This document shows positions 28,501-37,686 of a stretch of DNA of 64,000 nucleotides, piece by piece; position 1 is the stretch's first letter; the number at the start of each line of letters is the position of its first letter. Position numbers and translations under genes: made by a program. The notes below the pieces were generated by a model. It worked only from the letters and a program-made list of their open reading frames with translations, did no database searches and was not told where the DNA came from. Location of the stretch: positions 91,353 to 155,352 of the forward strand of contig DAZE01000012.1 of NCBI GenBank assembly GCA_002507175.1, given 5' to 3'. Source of the DNA: Euryarchaeota archaeon UBA558 (GTDB lineage Archaea; Thermoplasmatota; Poseidoniia; Poseidoniales; Thalassarchaeaceae).

Positions 28501-28938
28501 TATTCAGTTCAAACGAACTTTGTGAAAGATGGCAGTAGAATCATCAGACTCATGGTAAACGACGGAACAGAGACATCCACCTTCGATATCGAGATTAGGG
28601 TTGATCCCGCACCCCAGCCAATGGGAGTTGTCATCGCCTCTGCAGGAATTCTGTTGGTCGCTCTATTGGGCGCAGCAATGATCCTGCGCAGAAGGGCTCC
28701 TGCCTCTGATGTGAACAAAATTCCACCGACTCGAGAAACAAAGAGATCCAAGAAATCGATATCCCCATCTGAGCCAAAGCCGATATCGCGTGAGATAGTA
28801 AATGACGACCCGATCAGGGATTCAATGGAGGAGTTGGCAGAGAAACTCTACGGCACACAACGACAGTCCTCGGACAGGAATCCAGATCCAGAATTAGACG
28901 AGTTGTCGAGGTCATTGAGGGAAGAACTGATTGAGTAG
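25576..28938 (+). CDS. Large cell-surface protein with multiple PKD/Ig-like repeats, a C-terminal TM anchor and a charged cytoplasmic tail
   Basis: A signal peptide is present. PKD-like signatures recur (SSFDPDGGTV, LTVTDEEGD, VTATDDDGHS, EAFDNDDAS, HVTDDDDSMAS, MVNDGTETS). The TM helix is VVIASAGILLVALLGAAMIL, followed by RRR. Confidence 0.7.
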   Translation: MGPNSRPKLGAISATLAILLVSVPIHSDTESVLQSETKSAETSIGNSFIDAPTWRINDRWVYSGELDVYDFIVDSGVSTNVNSLIGTLDVQVESINLVDVGGIQTLAYTVAGTGDYRADNVQLEGQNGDVVVEIDTISIIRISDMAVISQTATIDIEFDPAFGWICFFISCDIASITASNEYWPPLERHDFPLSVGDTWVNNYTVNTTYSGSSSYVTIPQSTSDQVETTSTVVQAGYPGVPQSGCSVSYNVTATDVNGSLVGYGWHCDSMKNDVVTLNEVTLGLMARHEIDYSTLSPRPYVIDVEPMYPLAPFGLTSPIWVNVSNANGAPIANEEIEFRYDPTGEVQTLTTESNGSAFTTLNYGFRADESLVVGEHGSHGIIARIVNTDHIGISTITLDPDIYEVDLKIESTSISVQRNRSGEIQSITAPFNAVPGDLMTMTVPIINEGLRTSPSGTLTSQASQGAVGVLSFPPLASMESHTAQFQWLVPESTGMELISFTIDTNTPDTNPSNDITEVFIYVGRLPIADINVPDNHLTLSQVVIDATSSFDPDGGTVSCKMDIETPEGEYQSLHGCQQTQSWSNDGTYDILLTVTDEEGDKAELSTQIDIMNRPPDISINQPIQPIVIGEQVTLTLESYGDLDTTTPSSPVSILWNETCLEGRITTSCTFSPNSEGAYRASVTATDDDGHSTEANATISVLNAAPELAHLHVWMGPNRLSADSRGLFTVNEGEVLRFTAKVEDTADDIPSLMAIWRPDADSIPSLLIEDYGPEFEIEHTFTKSGFHLLAFEAFDNDDASTGVTTVPVEVINTPPTIDPISPPLPVFEDSPIQITVNIRDTQSDLETMSICWDLDTYSDSSGSGLMDDDCDYEGTTFEYTWGESSQSPNSILLHVTDDDDSMASVEIPLTIKNKPPIALGEASDTILMEGDQVIFTAIGSTDTPSDVPHLNFAWDLDTNSDSDGDGNPTNDRDMIGYSVQTNFVKDGSRIIRLMVNDGTETSTFDIEIRVDPAPQPMGVVIASAGILLVALLGAAMILRRRAPASDVNKIPPTRETKRSKKSISPSEPKPISREIVNDDPIRDSMEELAEKLYGTQRQSSDRNPDPELDELSRSLREELIE

Positions 28939-28943
28939 TATGG

Positions 28944-29432
28944 TTGCTGGAAGTCGTGAAGTGGATACATCGGATTCTCGGCCTTCCAACATATTCCTCG
29001 GAAAATGAAACTGAAATCTCCATATCTAAAAGCAGTGGAATCAATCCAAGCCAACCCTTCCACCAACTGGACAGTGCAGTGTGGTCCGAACGAACAAATC
29101 GACTTATGCCTGGAAAAATTGGTGCATTGAGTTATTTCAAACCGAACGACAGACTAGGGCTGGATCTCAGAGACGTCGAGAATTCAATGATTCTCGGCAG
29201 GACTCTAATCATCGATCTACACGACCTCTTGCATGTCGATACTCAAAGAAGGGCATTGCGAAAAAGGATTGCCGATTTGGCAAATAAAATTGGGAAACCA
29301 GCCTTCAAGATTGACACCGATGGTTGCCTTCTGGTAGTGCCTGGAAGAGGGGTGAAGGTAGATCAGAAACAACACGTCCTTGGTACCGCCGTCTGGAGGG
29401 AGGGCTTGGCTGAGGACTCATCACCAATCTAG
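28944..29432 (+). CDS. sepF: SepF-like cell-division protein (FtsZ anchor)
   Basis: The C-terminal half (DVENSMILGRTLIIDLHDLL...RKRIADLANKIGKPAFKIDTDGCLLVVPGRGVKVD) follows the archaeal SepF core pattern. The N-terminus is amphipathic (LEVVKWIHRILGL). The start is non-ATG (TTG/GTG) and uncertain. Confidence 0.5.
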   Translation: MLEVVKWIHRILGLPTYSSENETEISISKSSGINPSQPFHQLDSAVWSERTNRLMPGKIGALSYFKPNDRLGLDLRDVENSMILGRTLIIDLHDLLHVDTQRRALRKRIADLANKIGKPAFKIDTDGCLLVVPGRGVKVDQKQHVLGTAVWREGLAEDSSPI

Positions 29433-30272
29433 CTCAAACTTCCAAGTCGAACCGTCTGAACTGCCTGATAACACCCTGCTACTGATCTGAACTAGCCTAG
29501 AGGTCGGCTCTTCTGGATTGGGGATGGTGGCGAGCGACTCTGCTAGCATGATCACCTGGAACGCTTTGCTGGACTCGGGGAGCCTCCTTATTTCTACCAC
29601 CTTTGTATGGATGGTAGCCATCGCTGATGAAAGCACGTCTCCAGAGGTGTCGTGTATGGCCGACCCTGAAATCAAATCCCATTCACTAGTCTCTCTGGGC
29701 ACCGGTCTAGCCGCGGCTTGCACATCTGCAGCGCCGATCATATCCCCTCTCAGACAATGAATGGACACTCGACATCCGTCTTCTGCCTCTCGTATGTTGG
29801 ATAGCGTGTCTCTAACCCTGCCGCCTCGATCAGTAGATATGCTCATTGATATAAGAGGCGGTGAGTTTGAGAGGATACTGATTGATGACATGGGAGCGAG
29901 GTTTTTCACACCCTCTGGGCTTTCAGTTCCGACGAGAAAGACTGGACGAGGCCCCAAGATAGATCCAAGCAAGTCGCTTCTCTTCGTGTGCCCAATCTCA
30001 TCCAAATTCATCTTGCTGTAGCCTGATTCAAGGGTCTTTGACCCGTGGGGAAGAGCCTCAATAGAATCGTCTTCCAACCAATCGTCCAATTTTCCGGATT
30101 GCAATTCTGATAGGGAGTAGGCGGTAAACTCCCTGTAGGATTTCCATCCAGATATCTCGGCCTCAGGATCCCCCCTCTCTAGTTTTCTTTGGATGGAAAG
30201 ATCGGCGTATTCAACGCACTTGCCTAGAAAACTCGAAATCGCTTCCTTCTTCCCATCCAACAAGGATCGCAC
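29421..30272 (-). CDS. Flavin reductase-like (FMN-binding split-barrel) domain protein with an N-terminal extension of about 100 aa
   Basis: The central segment GPRPVFLVGTESPEGVKNLAPMSSISILSNSPPLISMSIS matches the flavin-reductase-like domain pattern. I do not recognise the rest. Confidence 0.4.
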   Translation of the reverse strand: MRSLLDGKKEAISSFLGKCVEYADLSIQRKLERGDPEAEISGWKSYREFTAYSLSELQSGKLDDWLEDDSIEALPHGSKTLESGYSKMNLDEIGHTKRSDLLGSILGPRPVFLVGTESPEGVKNLAPMSSISILSNSPPLISMSISTDRGGRVRDTLSNIREAEDGCRVSIHCLRGDMIGAADVQAAARPVPRETSEWDLISGSAIHDTSGDVLSSAMATIHTKVVEIRRLPESSKAFQVIMLAESLATIPNPEEPTSRLVQISSRVLSGSSDGSTWKFELDW

Positions 30273-30273
30273 C

Positions 30274-30756
30274 TCACTCTCCCTTCGGTGCGGCTATTCC
30301 TAACTCTTTTGACAGTCTCTCCACATGCCCAGTCGCACGAACGTTGTAGTTGGCCACGGATAATACTCCGTCCTTTTCTATCACGAAGGTAGATCTGACG
30401 GTTCCCATGTATGTCTTGCCGTAATTTGTTTTTTCCTGCCAAACCCCATAGGCATTCTGAACCACTAAGTCGGTGTCAACGATTAGATCGTATTGGAGAC
30501 TGTTGTTTTCCATGAATCTCACATGGGACACTGCGGAATCTTTGGATACTCCTAGAATTTTATATCCTGACTGTTCAAAATCAGCGAATGCGTCTCTGAA
30601 ATCACAGGCTTCTTTGGTGCATCCGGGCGTACTGTCCTTCGGATAGAAAAAGAGGACTAGCCCGTTTCCATTCGCTAGTATCTCTTCTAGCGAAACATAC
30701 TCATCATTCTGGGTCTTAGCTTTGAACTTGGGTGCCTTTTGTCCGGGCTTCAGCAT
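30274..30756 (-). CDS. bcp: Peroxiredoxin, Bcp type
   Basis: The sequence is MLKPGQKAPKFKAKTQ...LVLFFYPKDSTPGCTKEACDFRD. The ORF opens at 30978, but I prefer the ATG at 30756 because it gives a canonical Bcp N-terminus. Confidence 0.85.
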   Translation of the reverse strand: MLKPGQKAPKFKAKTQNDEYVSLEEILANGNGLVLFFYPKDSTPGCTKEACDFRDAFADFEQSGYKILGVSKDSAVSHVRFMENNSLQYDLIVDTDLVVQNAYGVWQEKTNYGKTYMGTVRSTFVIEKDGVLSVANYNVRATGHVERLSKELGIAAPKGE

Positions 30757-30843
30757 GTGTGTGCGTGCAAACTCAGCCACATGAAGCCTCGTACGGCCCC
30801 AAGCAACCCTAGGTTCATCTCCTCCTACCATGGCAGGTGTGAC

Positions 30844-32580
30844 ATGGACGTACCTGCAGAGCTCAACGACATGCTTGACGGAAAGCATGGGCCAGCCAAG
30901 CAAAAGGCTGCGAGGTTGGTCACAGATCTGGGTTATGTAGCAGGCGCAAAGCGATTCACGAAAGCAATAAATGCCCACGTATCAGGAGTTTCAGTCATCA
31001 CAGGGGGAGTTGGTCTAAGGCGATTTCTAGCAGACTTATCCTCTGATTCTCGCACTAAAGTAGCCATTCCAACAACTTTGAACTCTGCAGGATGCGACTC
31101 CTCCCAAATCAAGGAAATGGGCATAGATTTCCCTGATTTTCTAAGCCTGCAGACAGAGATAGTCACAGCATACTGGGATATGGGAATTGAGACAACACTC
31201 TCTTGCACCCCATATGATCAGCCAAATGATGCACCAGATGGTATAGGCTGCTGGGCGGAATCAAACGCGGTGTGCTATGCAAACACATACACAAATCTGG
31301 CAACAAATAGGGAATCAGGCCTATCCGCCCTATCAACCGCATTAACGGGATGGGTCCCTCTTTGGGGGCTGCACCTAGAGGAGAACAGGATGCCAAATCT
31401 TCATGTGAAGGTAAATTGTGAACTTTCCTCTGAAACTGATTTCTCAATACTTGGCGACTGGATAGGAAGTCAGATTGAGGCCAGCTGGGACATGCCATTC
31501 GGACCTATGCCCTACATCTCTGGACTTCCCGAGAATCCTTCATTTGAAATGCGAAAGGCACTGACTGCAGCAGCGGCAAATTTTGGTTGTCCCATGCTTT
31601 GGATTGAGGGGATTTCCCCGCCTCCGACAGATAGAGGATATCTCGGTTTTGTAGAATTCTCATCCAATGACCTTCAACAATGCTATGAAAGGTTGGGCCC
31701 CAAAGGCACAGTTGATCTGGTCGTTATAGGATGTCCACAAGCTAGCATCGGTGAGGTGAGGTCAGTGGTTGCAGAAGTTCGAGGGAGGATGGAGTTGGGT
31801 GATAGGATACCGGACAATCGGCTCTGGGTCTTTACGTCCTCAAGTAACTACGATGTTCTAAGCTCAGACGGCTCTCTAGAAATACTTGAGCAGGCAGGGG
31901 CTCTGCTCCTCAAGGACACCTGTCCGGAGGTGACGCCTTACAATAGAAATCTGTATAATCACATCCTGACTAATTCTATGAAGGCAGAGCATTATCTCAA
32001 GAGCGGCCTAAACTCCATGCCCACCAGCGTGGCTAGGATCTCGGATTGCGTCGCTCATGCATTCGACCCCAACCTCTCTGAGGGACCTAGGCCAAAATTA
32101 TCCAAGACAGAACCAAAAAAGATTGGATCCAGAGTGAAAAAATCAATCGAGACCGATAACATGGTGGGAATCGGCCTGCCAAGCCAAGGCTCCTTTGACG
32201 TCACAGGTAGGGCGATTTCAACCGATGTCCCAATCACCTACCTCGGATACGTGGACCCCCAGACAGGTGTGATAACGGAACCAGGACATCCATTGGAAGG
32301 CCAATCTCTGAATGGGAAAATTGTGGTCTACCCAAAAGGCTCCGGCTCCACAGTCGCCCCTTATGTCCTCATGGGGTTGAATTATCACGGGGTTGGTCCC
32401 AAGGGCATCTTAAACAGAGACGTCTGTCCTTTGACACTCCCGGCTGCATCTCTTCATGCCATTCCCTATGGCCACGGTTTTGACTACGACCCGACATCGA
32501 ATATCAACACCGGCGACCTAGTTCGGATCCGTTTACATGAGGGAATAGTGAATGTTGACATAATCGAACGTTCTGAATGA
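30844..32580 (+). CDS. Aconitase X family protein, single-chain fusion of the catalytic (DUF521) and swivel (DUF126) domains
   Basis: The N-terminus LNDMLDGKHGPAKQKAARLVTDLGYVAGAKRFTKAINAHVSG is typical of the AcnX large subunit. The C-terminus ...GQSLNGKIVVYPKGSGSTVAPYVLMGLNYHGVGPKGILN... is typical of the small subunit. I prefer the ATG at 30844. Confidence 0.75.
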   Translation: MDVPAELNDMLDGKHGPAKQKAARLVTDLGYVAGAKRFTKAINAHVSGVSVITGGVGLRRFLADLSSDSRTKVAIPTTLNSAGCDSSQIKEMGIDFPDFLSLQTEIVTAYWDMGIETTLSCTPYDQPNDAPDGIGCWAESNAVCYANTYTNLATNRESGLSALSTALTGWVPLWGLHLEENRMPNLHVKVNCELSSETDFSILGDWIGSQIEASWDMPFGPMPYISGLPENPSFEMRKALTAAAANFGCPMLWIEGISPPPTDRGYLGFVEFSSNDLQQCYERLGPKGTVDLVVIGCPQASIGEVRSVVAEVRGRMELGDRIPDNRLWVFTSSSNYDVLSSDGSLEILEQAGALLLKDTCPEVTPYNRNLYNHILTNSMKAEHYLKSGLNSMPTSVARISDCVAHAFDPNLSEGPRPKLSKTEPKKIGSRVKKSIETDNMVGIGLPSQGSFDVTGRAISTDVPITYLGYVDPQTGVITEPGHPLEGQSLNGKIVVYPKGSGSTVAPYVLMGLNYHGVGPKGILNRDVCPLTLPAASLHAIPYGHGFDYDPTSNINTGDLVRIRLHEGIVNVDIIERSE

Positions 32581-34745
32581 AAAATCAGGAAGGATGCCGA
32601 ATGGAATCAGAGCCAAGTCCTTGCAGGCCACAGGACCTAGGAAAGTTCGAGGTCACCCAGAGAGATGGAGCCGCACGACTAGGAAAATTTTTCACGAAAC
32701 ACGGCGTACTCAATACTCCCGCACTCCTACCAGTCGTCAACCCAAACATCCTCACTGTCGAACCTAGATCACTTTGGGATGAATTCGGATTCAGGGCTTT
32801 GATAACCAATTCTTATGTCATTTGGAAGAATGAGAATCTACGCGATAGGGCCACTGAGGAAGGAATTCACAAACTTTTGGATTTCCCGGGCGTAATAATG
32901 ACAGATTCTGGAACCTTCCAATCTTACGTATATGGAGACGTTGAGGTTTCCGTAGAAGAAATCGTCAGATTTCAAGCCTCTATAGGGGTCGATATCGGCA
33001 CGATGTTAGATGTGTTTGGCAGACCTGACATGACCAGGAAGGAGATAGAGGATGCCGTAAGAATCACTGCAGAAAGAGCGACGAAGTCACTGCAGGTAGC
33101 CGATACAAACATTATGTTGAATGGACCAATCCAAGGCGGGCTGCACCAAGATCTCAGGGCCAAGTCTGCCAAGATGATGGCAGAATCTGAATACCAACAG
33201 AGCAATTTCTCGATACATCCAATAGGCGGGATCGTCCCGTTAATGGAGTCACAAAGATATCATGATCTCTCTGAAATCATTCTATCGTCATCCTCCGAAC
33301 TACCCCCAAACCGTCCTATGCACATATTCGGCTGTGGACACCCTATGCTATTCCCCATGTGCATTGCACTTGGCGCAGATTTATTTGACTCAGCAGCCTA
33401 TGCACTGTTTGCAAAAGACGGACGACTTCTTTCCGAAGAAGGTACCTATCGAATTGAATCAATGGTAGAGTGGCCCACCCAATCAAGTCACATATCCCCT
33501 TACACTCCAGCACAAGTCAGGGCGATGAGCAAGCCAGAAAGAACCAGTCTACTGGCACGACACAATCTAGAGGTGACACAGCGGGAACTTGCTAGGTGCA
33601 GAGAGGCAGTTAGGAATGGGTCAATATGGGTCATGGCAGAGAGGAGAAGTCATTCATCACCACACCTCAGGGAGGCCTTTCTGGGAATCATCAGAGAAAG
33701 GACTGACCCCAATGAGCCTTCGGCCAAGAGGATGCGATCAATTATCAGATCTACTGACCCTATTCGCCCCTCATCTGAACCCCTAAGCGAAGACCTTCTC
33801 CACAGACCACACATTATCCATGCCAACTCTCTGTTGGTTCAGAGATGGAGATCCCCCGGGTCGTGGCATGATGGCTCCTTCGGGGCACCATCCAGGGTCG
33901 TCGTGATGAAAGGGGGAGAACCGCCTTGGAGAGCTTCGTACGGGTCAACTGTTCAACGAGTTTTGAAAGAAGATCCCAGAACAGTGGTTATGATCGATTC
34001 GCTGATTGGATTGGTGCCATACTCTCTAGAGGACCTCTCCCCGTGGTGTAGGGTTGAGGGTTCCAACATACATCCCGTTGATACCAAGGAAGCAGACTAC
34101 AGCGTGGATCTTGAGTCGATGGGGCTCGGAGGAATTCCAGTCTTGGTCCTAACGCCCGAAGATTCTGAATATGAACAGGATAAATCGATATTGGCATGGA
34201 TTGACAGGTGCTCTTTCGTAGACAAGCTTTCAGTGCTTTGCGCAGTTAGCCCCGCCATTGGGTGTGAGATCACGGATGAAATTCAGGTAAGGCGCTCCAA
34301 TACCAACAGACCCGTCAATGTATACAATGGAGAAATGCATCTATTCTCGCCCCGGCTGAACGACGGAGGGATATCCCTTGCTCTCCATGGCGCGAAGTTA
34401 ATCCACGAAGCAATGAAATCAGCGAAGGATACGGGCGAGGACTCTAACGATGTACAACCACGAGGCGATCACCCGGGCCTTCCGAGTGTCACCATCCACT
34501 CGGATGCAATACCCTTTGTGGGAGCCGGTCGAAATGTCATGCATGGATTCATTCTCAAAGCAGACCCTTGGTTAATCGTAGGACAACCATGTTTAGTCGT
34601 TGACGAGGATGACAACCTTGTTGCACACGGGGTATCAAACTCCACCTCAGAGGAGATGGCAGTCATGAAAAAGGGAGTGGCGGTCAAGGTAAGGGAAGGA
34701 GCGTTGGACAAGGATGCCCTAAACTTGACGGCGATTGATTCATAG
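32577..34745 (+). CDS. tgtA: Archaeosine tRNA-guanine transglycosylase (with C-terminal PUA-containing extension)
   Basis: The N-terminus is FEVTQRDGAARLGKFFTKHGVLNTPALLPVVNP. The ORF also has MTDSGTFQ and a TIM-barrel TGT core, and it is long, as in ArcTGT. The ATG overlaps the acnX stop (ATGA at 32577-32580). Confidence 0.85.
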   Translation: MKNQEGCRMESEPSPCRPQDLGKFEVTQRDGAARLGKFFTKHGVLNTPALLPVVNPNILTVEPRSLWDEFGFRALITNSYVIWKNENLRDRATEEGIHKLLDFPGVIMTDSGTFQSYVYGDVEVSVEEIVRFQASIGVDIGTMLDVFGRPDMTRKEIEDAVRITAERATKSLQVADTNIMLNGPIQGGLHQDLRAKSAKMMAESEYQQSNFSIHPIGGIVPLMESQRYHDLSEIILSSSSELPPNRPMHIFGCGHPMLFPMCIALGADLFDSAAYALFAKDGRLLSEEGTYRIESMVEWPTQSSHISPYTPAQVRAMSKPERTSLLARHNLEVTQRELARCREAVRNGSIWVMAERRSHSSPHLREAFLGIIRERTDPNEPSAKRMRSIIRSTDPIRPSSEPLSEDLLHRPHIIHANSLLVQRWRSPGSWHDGSFGAPSRVVVMKGGEPPWRASYGSTVQRVLKEDPRTVVMIDSLIGLVPYSLEDLSPWCRVEGSNIHPVDTKEADYSVDLESMGLGGIPVLVLTPEDSEYEQDKSILAWIDRCSFVDKLSVLCAVSPAIGCEITDEIQVRRSNTNRPVNVYNGEMHLFSPRLNDGGISLALHGAKLIHEAMKSAKDTGEDSNDVQPRGDHPGLPSVTIHSDAIPFVGAGRNVMHGFILKADPWLIVGQPCLVVDEDDNLVAHGVSNSTSEEMAVMKKGVAVKVREGALDKDALNLTAIDS

Positions 34746-34760
34746 GCCAATGGCCTAGCA

Positions 34761-35753
34761 TTGAAACAATCAGAGGGAGGCTTTGATATCGCCAATCCGA
34801 TCATACAGATACGAGGCCTTCGGAAACTCTACGGGCCACACGTAGCGCTTGATGGCGTAGATCTTGACATTGGCACTGGAGGAGTGGGCATACTTGGCCC
34901 AAACGGCTCTGGTAAGTCTACTTTGTTCAAGTGTATTCTAGGCCTAATCAGAATAACAGAGGGCGGCGGTGAAGTACTCGGCAGGGATATCGTTACGATG
35001 GGCCCAGACATCAGATCGAAGATAGGGTACATGGCAGAATACGATTCTCTTGATCCGGGCCTAACTGCAGTTGACCAGGTCAGATATGCGGGGGAATTGC
35101 TTGGAATGAGGCCCGATCAGGCAACACAAAGAGCCCATGAGGTACTCCAATATGTCGGACTTCAAGATCAACGCTATAGGAAGATAGAAACCTTCTCCAC
35201 AGGAATGAGACAGGCTACTAAGTTAGCATGCGCGATTGTTCATGATCCTCAAATACTGTTTTGCGACGAGCCAACAAATGGCCTCGACGCCTCCGCAAGG
35301 CAATTCATGCTAGACACTCTGAGAAGAACTATTTCGGACGGAGGTGGAACTGTGATCATGACCAGCCATGTCATGGAAGATATCCAAGGAGTGTGCGATA
35401 GGGTAGTCATGCTATCCGGCGGAAAAGTAGTCGTGGAAGGAAGAATAGACGAACTTGCCAGACAGATAACTCGGGAGGTCGAGATATCTGTGTGGGGTGG
35501 GGCCACCAAACTGGAACAATGGCTCCTCCAACACGGGCAAAAGGTTCGAAGAATGGGGAGGATAATGCGGATCGAACACCAGGGCGATCAAACGATTAGA
35601 GCCATACTGGAAGGAGCGTCTGAAACCGGCGCACAGGTAAGGGTCTTGAGGGAGTATGAACCAGACTTGGAAGACATTTTCTTGTTGATAATGCGGAAGC
35701 TAGGCAAATCTGCAAAGAGCTCATCCGACTTGAAGGGGGTGCCCGGCAAGTGA
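34761..35753 (+). CDS. ABC transporter ATP-binding protein (ABC-2/CcmA type) 1
   Basis: Walker A is GPNGSGKST, the signature is FSTGMRQ, and Walker B is ILFCDEPTNGLD. The apparent start is a TTG. Confidence 0.85.
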   Translation: MKQSEGGFDIANPIIQIRGLRKLYGPHVALDGVDLDIGTGGVGILGPNGSGKSTLFKCILGLIRITEGGGEVLGRDIVTMGPDIRSKIGYMAEYDSLDPGLTAVDQVRYAGELLGMRPDQATQRAHEVLQYVGLQDQRYRKIETFSTGMRQATKLACAIVHDPQILFCDEPTNGLDASARQFMLDTLRRTISDGGGTVIMTSHVMEDIQGVCDRVVMLSGGKVVVEGRIDELARQITREVEISVWGGATKLEQWLLQHGQKVRRMGRIMRIEHQGDQTIRAILEGASETGAQVRVLREYEPDLEDIFLLIMRKLGKSAKSSSDLKGVPGK

Positions 35754-36757
35754 ACGACATCGTAGAAGAAGGCAGTCTTGGTGAGGCGGATATTGAAGCC
35801 GCCTATGGATCTGGGGATGGCGACCTCGATACCTCAGCCACAGTTGCAATGGCTCCAAAAGGGCAAATCTTCGAACAGATCTATCGTCCATGGAATGGGT
35901 CACTAGGGCCGAGGTGGGTCAGAAATTATGCAATTTACAGACATCACGTATACGGCATAATTTCGGGATCGGGGCATAGAAGGTACCACCCCTTCGTTAG
36001 ACTGACCCTGCTCGTGGTCATACTCGGTTCGATGACTCCAATACTGATGTTACTCCTGTCTTCCATGGTGAGCGGAGATGCCACGGGCTTCCTGAACAGG
36101 ATGTGGGGTGTGAATCGGTACAATCTTTGGGGGAACGTGTTGGGTTACTTCCCTCGAAATCTTTGCATGTGGCCCTTATTGACAGCGTTGGTTGTGGGTG
36201 GTTTGGTCTCGGATGATAGGAAAAATGGAACCAGTGCGCTGTATTTCTCAAGGCCAATTTCGAGATTGGACTATGCGTCGATGAAATGGCTCAGTGCAGC
36301 TTCAGTATTAGCCACGGTCATTCTCTTGACTTACATGATGTATTATTCTGCTGCAATCGTATTCAAGGGTGAAGGTTGGGCCTTCATAGCAGATACGATT
36401 CCAATATTCCTTGGAGGGTTGGTGGCGGGATTCTTCCTTGTATTCACTTACACATCAATAGGCATAGCACTCTCAAGCATCAGCACGAGCAGATTCACGG
36501 CTTCGGTATCTTTCCTAGGATTGATTCTTGGGTCAAAGGTAGTTGCTTGGCTAGTTGAGATACAATTTGAGACCACATACATCTACCTCCTGAGCCCATA
36601 TGACTGCCTAGCTCATCTGGGACAATGGTTGGTGGGATTGCCACCAAACTATGATCACCCTCTCATCATGTCTGTTGTTTCTTTGTTAGCCATGAACGCA
36701 GCATCCCTCTCGATTTTCGCGACCCGCGTGTCATCCTTGGAGGTGACAAGAGAATGA
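35750..36757 (+). CDS. ABC-2 type permease 1
   Basis: The ORF is polytopic (about 6 TM) after an acidic N-terminus. The GTG start overlaps the upstream stop (GTGA). Confidence 0.6.
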   Translation: MNDIVEEGSLGEADIEAAYGSGDGDLDTSATVAMAPKGQIFEQIYRPWNGSLGPRWVRNYAIYRHHVYGIISGSGHRRYHPFVRLTLLVVILGSMTPILMLLLSSMVSGDATGFLNRMWGVNRYNLWGNVLGYFPRNLCMWPLLTALVVGGLVSDDRKNGTSALYFSRPISRLDYASMKWLSAASVLATVILLTYMMYYSAAIVFKGEGWAFIADTIPIFLGGLVAGFFLVFTYTSIGIALSSISTSRFTASVSFLGLILGSKVVAWLVEIQFETTYIYLLSPYDCLAHLGQWLVGLPPNYDHPLIMSVVSLLAMNAASLSIFATRVSSLEVTRE

Positions 36758-37686
36758 ACTCAACCCCCGCAATCGCACTGGATCACGTATCGAAATGGTA
36801 CGGTCAGGTGATAGGGGTCAATGACGTGTCACTCGCAATCGATGGGGGCGTCACCGGCATACTAGGCATGAACGGGGCCGGCAAGTCGACTCTGTTCAAA
36901 CTGCTAATGGGGAGATTGAGACCCAGCAATGGATCTGTCAAGCTTTTCGGAACAGACCCATGGGAGACTACATCCCCCTACAGGAGGGTGGGTTACGTAA
37001 GTGAGTCAGAGAAGATGTATGACTGGATGACGTCACTAGACTTCGTGTCCACTTTGGCAAGGTTGCATGGCATGACCAGGTATGAGGCCGAAAAGCGTGC
37101 AGAGCAGGCGTTGAGTTTCGTGGATCTAGAGGGCGTTCTCAACAAAGAGATCGGGAAATATAGCAAGGGGATGAGGCAGAGGGTAAAAATAGCCGCAGCA
37201 TTGGTCCATGAACCTGACCTATTGATACTTGATGAACCTCTACATGGTTGCGATCCATTAGCCAGAACGAGCATAATGAACGTAATCAGAGAAATGGGGT
37301 CCAGGGGCAAAACTGTCTTGGTTTCAAGTCATATTCTGGAGGAGATTGAGAGAATTACCGAGCAAATCGTGATCCTGCACTCCGGAAAATTGGTCGCGCT
37401 CGGAAATCTCCACGCAATTAGAGCCATGCTTGACAAACACCCTCACAGGATTTTGATACGCTGCGCTGACTCGCGGGCGCTTGCATCTACTTTCATCGAT
37501 CAGCAATCAGTCTATGGGGTTAGGTTCATCGACAATGAAAGCTTAGAGATCATGACAAAGGATCTCTCTGAGGCACATCAATTACTTCCCATGCTTATCT
37601 TGAAGTCTGGAATACAGATCTATTCTATCGAGAATCCAGATGATAATCTTGAGTCCTTGTTGGGGTATTTGGTAGGCGATGCATAA
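36754..37686 (+). CDS. ABC transporter ATP-binding protein 2
   Basis: Walker A is GMNGAGKST, the signature is YSKGMRQ, and Walker B is LLILDEPLHGCD. The ATG overlaps the upstream stop (ATGA). Confidence 0.85.
   Translation: MNSTPAIALDHVSKWYGQVIGVNDVSLAIDGGVTGILGMNGAGKSTLFKLLMGRLRPSNGSVKLFGTDPWETTSPYRRVGYVSESEKMYDWMTSLDFVSTLARLHGMTRYEAEKRAEQALSFVDLEGVLNKEIGKYSKGMRQRVKIAAALVHEPDLLILDEPLHGCDPLARTSIMNVIREMGSRGKTVLVSSHILEEIERITEQIVILHSGKLVALGNLHAIRAMLDKHPHRILIRCADSRALASTFIDQQSVYGVRFIDNESLEIMTKDLSEAHQLLPMLILKSGIQIYSIENPDDNLESLLGYLVGDA

Noticed and set aside
27100-28600. Repetitive look of the PKD region, considered as a possible nucleotide repeat array or CRISPR
   Set aside because: The repetition is at the protein-domain level only, with divergent PKD modules. 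There are no identical direct repeats with regular spacers, and the region is one continuous ORF.
30757-30978. Long 5' extensions that make the bcp and acnX ORFs overlap divergently. Analogous extensions exist for ileS (6401-6472) and the DEAD-box helicase (13352-13483).
   Set aside because: Canonical family N-termini begin at internal ATGs (30756, 30844, 6473, 13351). The extensions have no homology-like features, and they would collide with neighbouring genes.
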